DNA of 64,000 nt from Hyaloraphidium curvatum SAG 235-1 (lineage: Eukaryota; Fungi; Monoblepharomycota). The DNA is taken from positions 372,001 to 436,000 of the forward strand of contig JAIVFI010000013.1 in the NCBI GenBank assembly GCA_025558095.1, in the 5' to 3' direction. The translations under genes were made by a program, and so were the position numbers. Below the pieces are notes generated by a model. The model was not told where the DNA came from, made no database searches, and saw nothing but the letters and a program-made list of their open reading frames with translations. The number at the start of each line of letters is the position of its first letter. The stretch's first letter is position 1. Positions 63,151 to 64,000 of this stretch are shown one piece after another.

Positions 63151-63165
63151 ACTTGGCTGGCATCC

Positions 63166-63624
63166 TCATGCCTTTCCGCCCCATGGAGTGATGAACGCCG
63201 TCGGAGGCGTGCGAGTGATGACCCGCTGGTACTTGGTTTCCCGCTTTCCCGACATGGCGCGAAGGTCGAAGAACGCCTTCCGGATGTCCGCAAAGTCCAG
63301 TCCTTTCAGCTGGCGCTGGCGCGTCAGCCCGCCGATGTACTCGGCGACCAGCATTGGCGCCGAGTTCGGAGTCGCCTGCACGCAGAACTCGATGCTGGGA
63401 TTCGCGCGAGCAACGTTTGGTAGCTCCCGCTTCACAAAGTCCACGACGTGCCGCGCCGCCAGTCCCGTGCCCTTCCGCGGGTGCGTGTACAGGATGGTCA
63501 TCTTGGTGCAGGGCACCACGAAACCTCCAACGCCATTCTGCTCCTGCGCGATGATCCTCTTTGCCCGTGGAATGATGCCAAGCTTCTTCGCCAGGTTAAC
63601 GGCAGCTCGCGGTCCCAGGCTCAT
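63166..63624 (-). CDS. MRPL51: Mitochondrial ribosomal protein mL43
   Basis: QNGVGGFVVPCTKMTILY..ARANPSIEF..LVAEY (L51/S25/CI-B8 fold); no intron. Confidence 0.88.
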   Translation of the reverse strand: MSLGPRAAVNLAKKLGIIPRAKRIIAQEQNGVGGFVVPCTKMTILYTHPRKGTGLAARHVVDFVKRELPNVARANPSIEFCVQATPNSAPMLVAEYIGGLTRQRQLKGLDFADIRKAFFDLRAMSGKRETKYQRVITRTPPTAFITPWGGKA

Positions 63625-64000
63625 CGCGAAGTGTCCTCGGGCCGGGAAAGTGAGGGCCTCTTTGCGCGCGAGGCGCGGAGTTTTCTCTGCGTGCAAAAGG
63701 GTCGATTGGACCAGGATCGAAAGGGACGTCGCTCTTGGACGACGCGGCGTCGATCTGCGTCGATCACGAATCTGCACCAGACCCTCGAACTTCGCCGGGT
63801 CAAACCGGCGCAGCGTCGCAGCAAGTGCCGCCGCACGTGCCGGTGGGCGCGGCGGACGCGCTCGGCCGGGGACCTTGTGTGGGAGCGGCACCCCGGGTCT
63901 CGAGGGGCCCCGCGGTGTTCCTCGTGGAATGCCCCTCGCCGAGCTCGGCAGGCTCGGCGGCAGCGTTGGCTACGACGTTGTTTACGGGGATGCCGGGCCC

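Noticed and set aside
63929-64000. Possible start of the next gene (MPLAELGRL...)
   Set aside because: Too short at the window edge to support.

Overview
Eukaryotic, GC-rich and very gene-dense DNA with many short spliceosomal introns. The gene content (WOPR factor, Pil1, Apc13, Taf14, a divergent DRC4/GAS8) suggests an early-diverging, chytrid- or monoblepharid-like fungus; this taxonomy is inference only. I reconstructed 29 protein-coding genes by hand at 1-47.3 kb and 61-63.6 kb, often only 0-150 nt apart. A gene-free island of about 13.5 kb (47.3-60.9 kb) interrupts them. It holds decayed LINE copies, a gag relic and a Ty1/copia element with identical LTRs and a 5-bp TSD but a broken ORF. 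Most ORFs in the supplied track are spurious GC-driven frames. Main observations: (1) a recurring intron architecture in which the branch point sits about 33-43 nt from the 5' donor and longer introns are extended by AG-free tracts of up to about 290 nt, with the first usable AG (even AAG or GAG) as acceptor; (2) 2-nt and 3-nt micro-exons; (3) an intronic C/D snoRNA (snR69-like guide) and a second structured intron in SUB2/UAP56; (4) a C-terminally truncated flagellar DRC4 homolog; (5) convergent genes with abutting stop codons; (6) a candidate centromeric or heterochromatic TE island. Exon boundaries and family assignments come from manual reading and recall, not from database searches.
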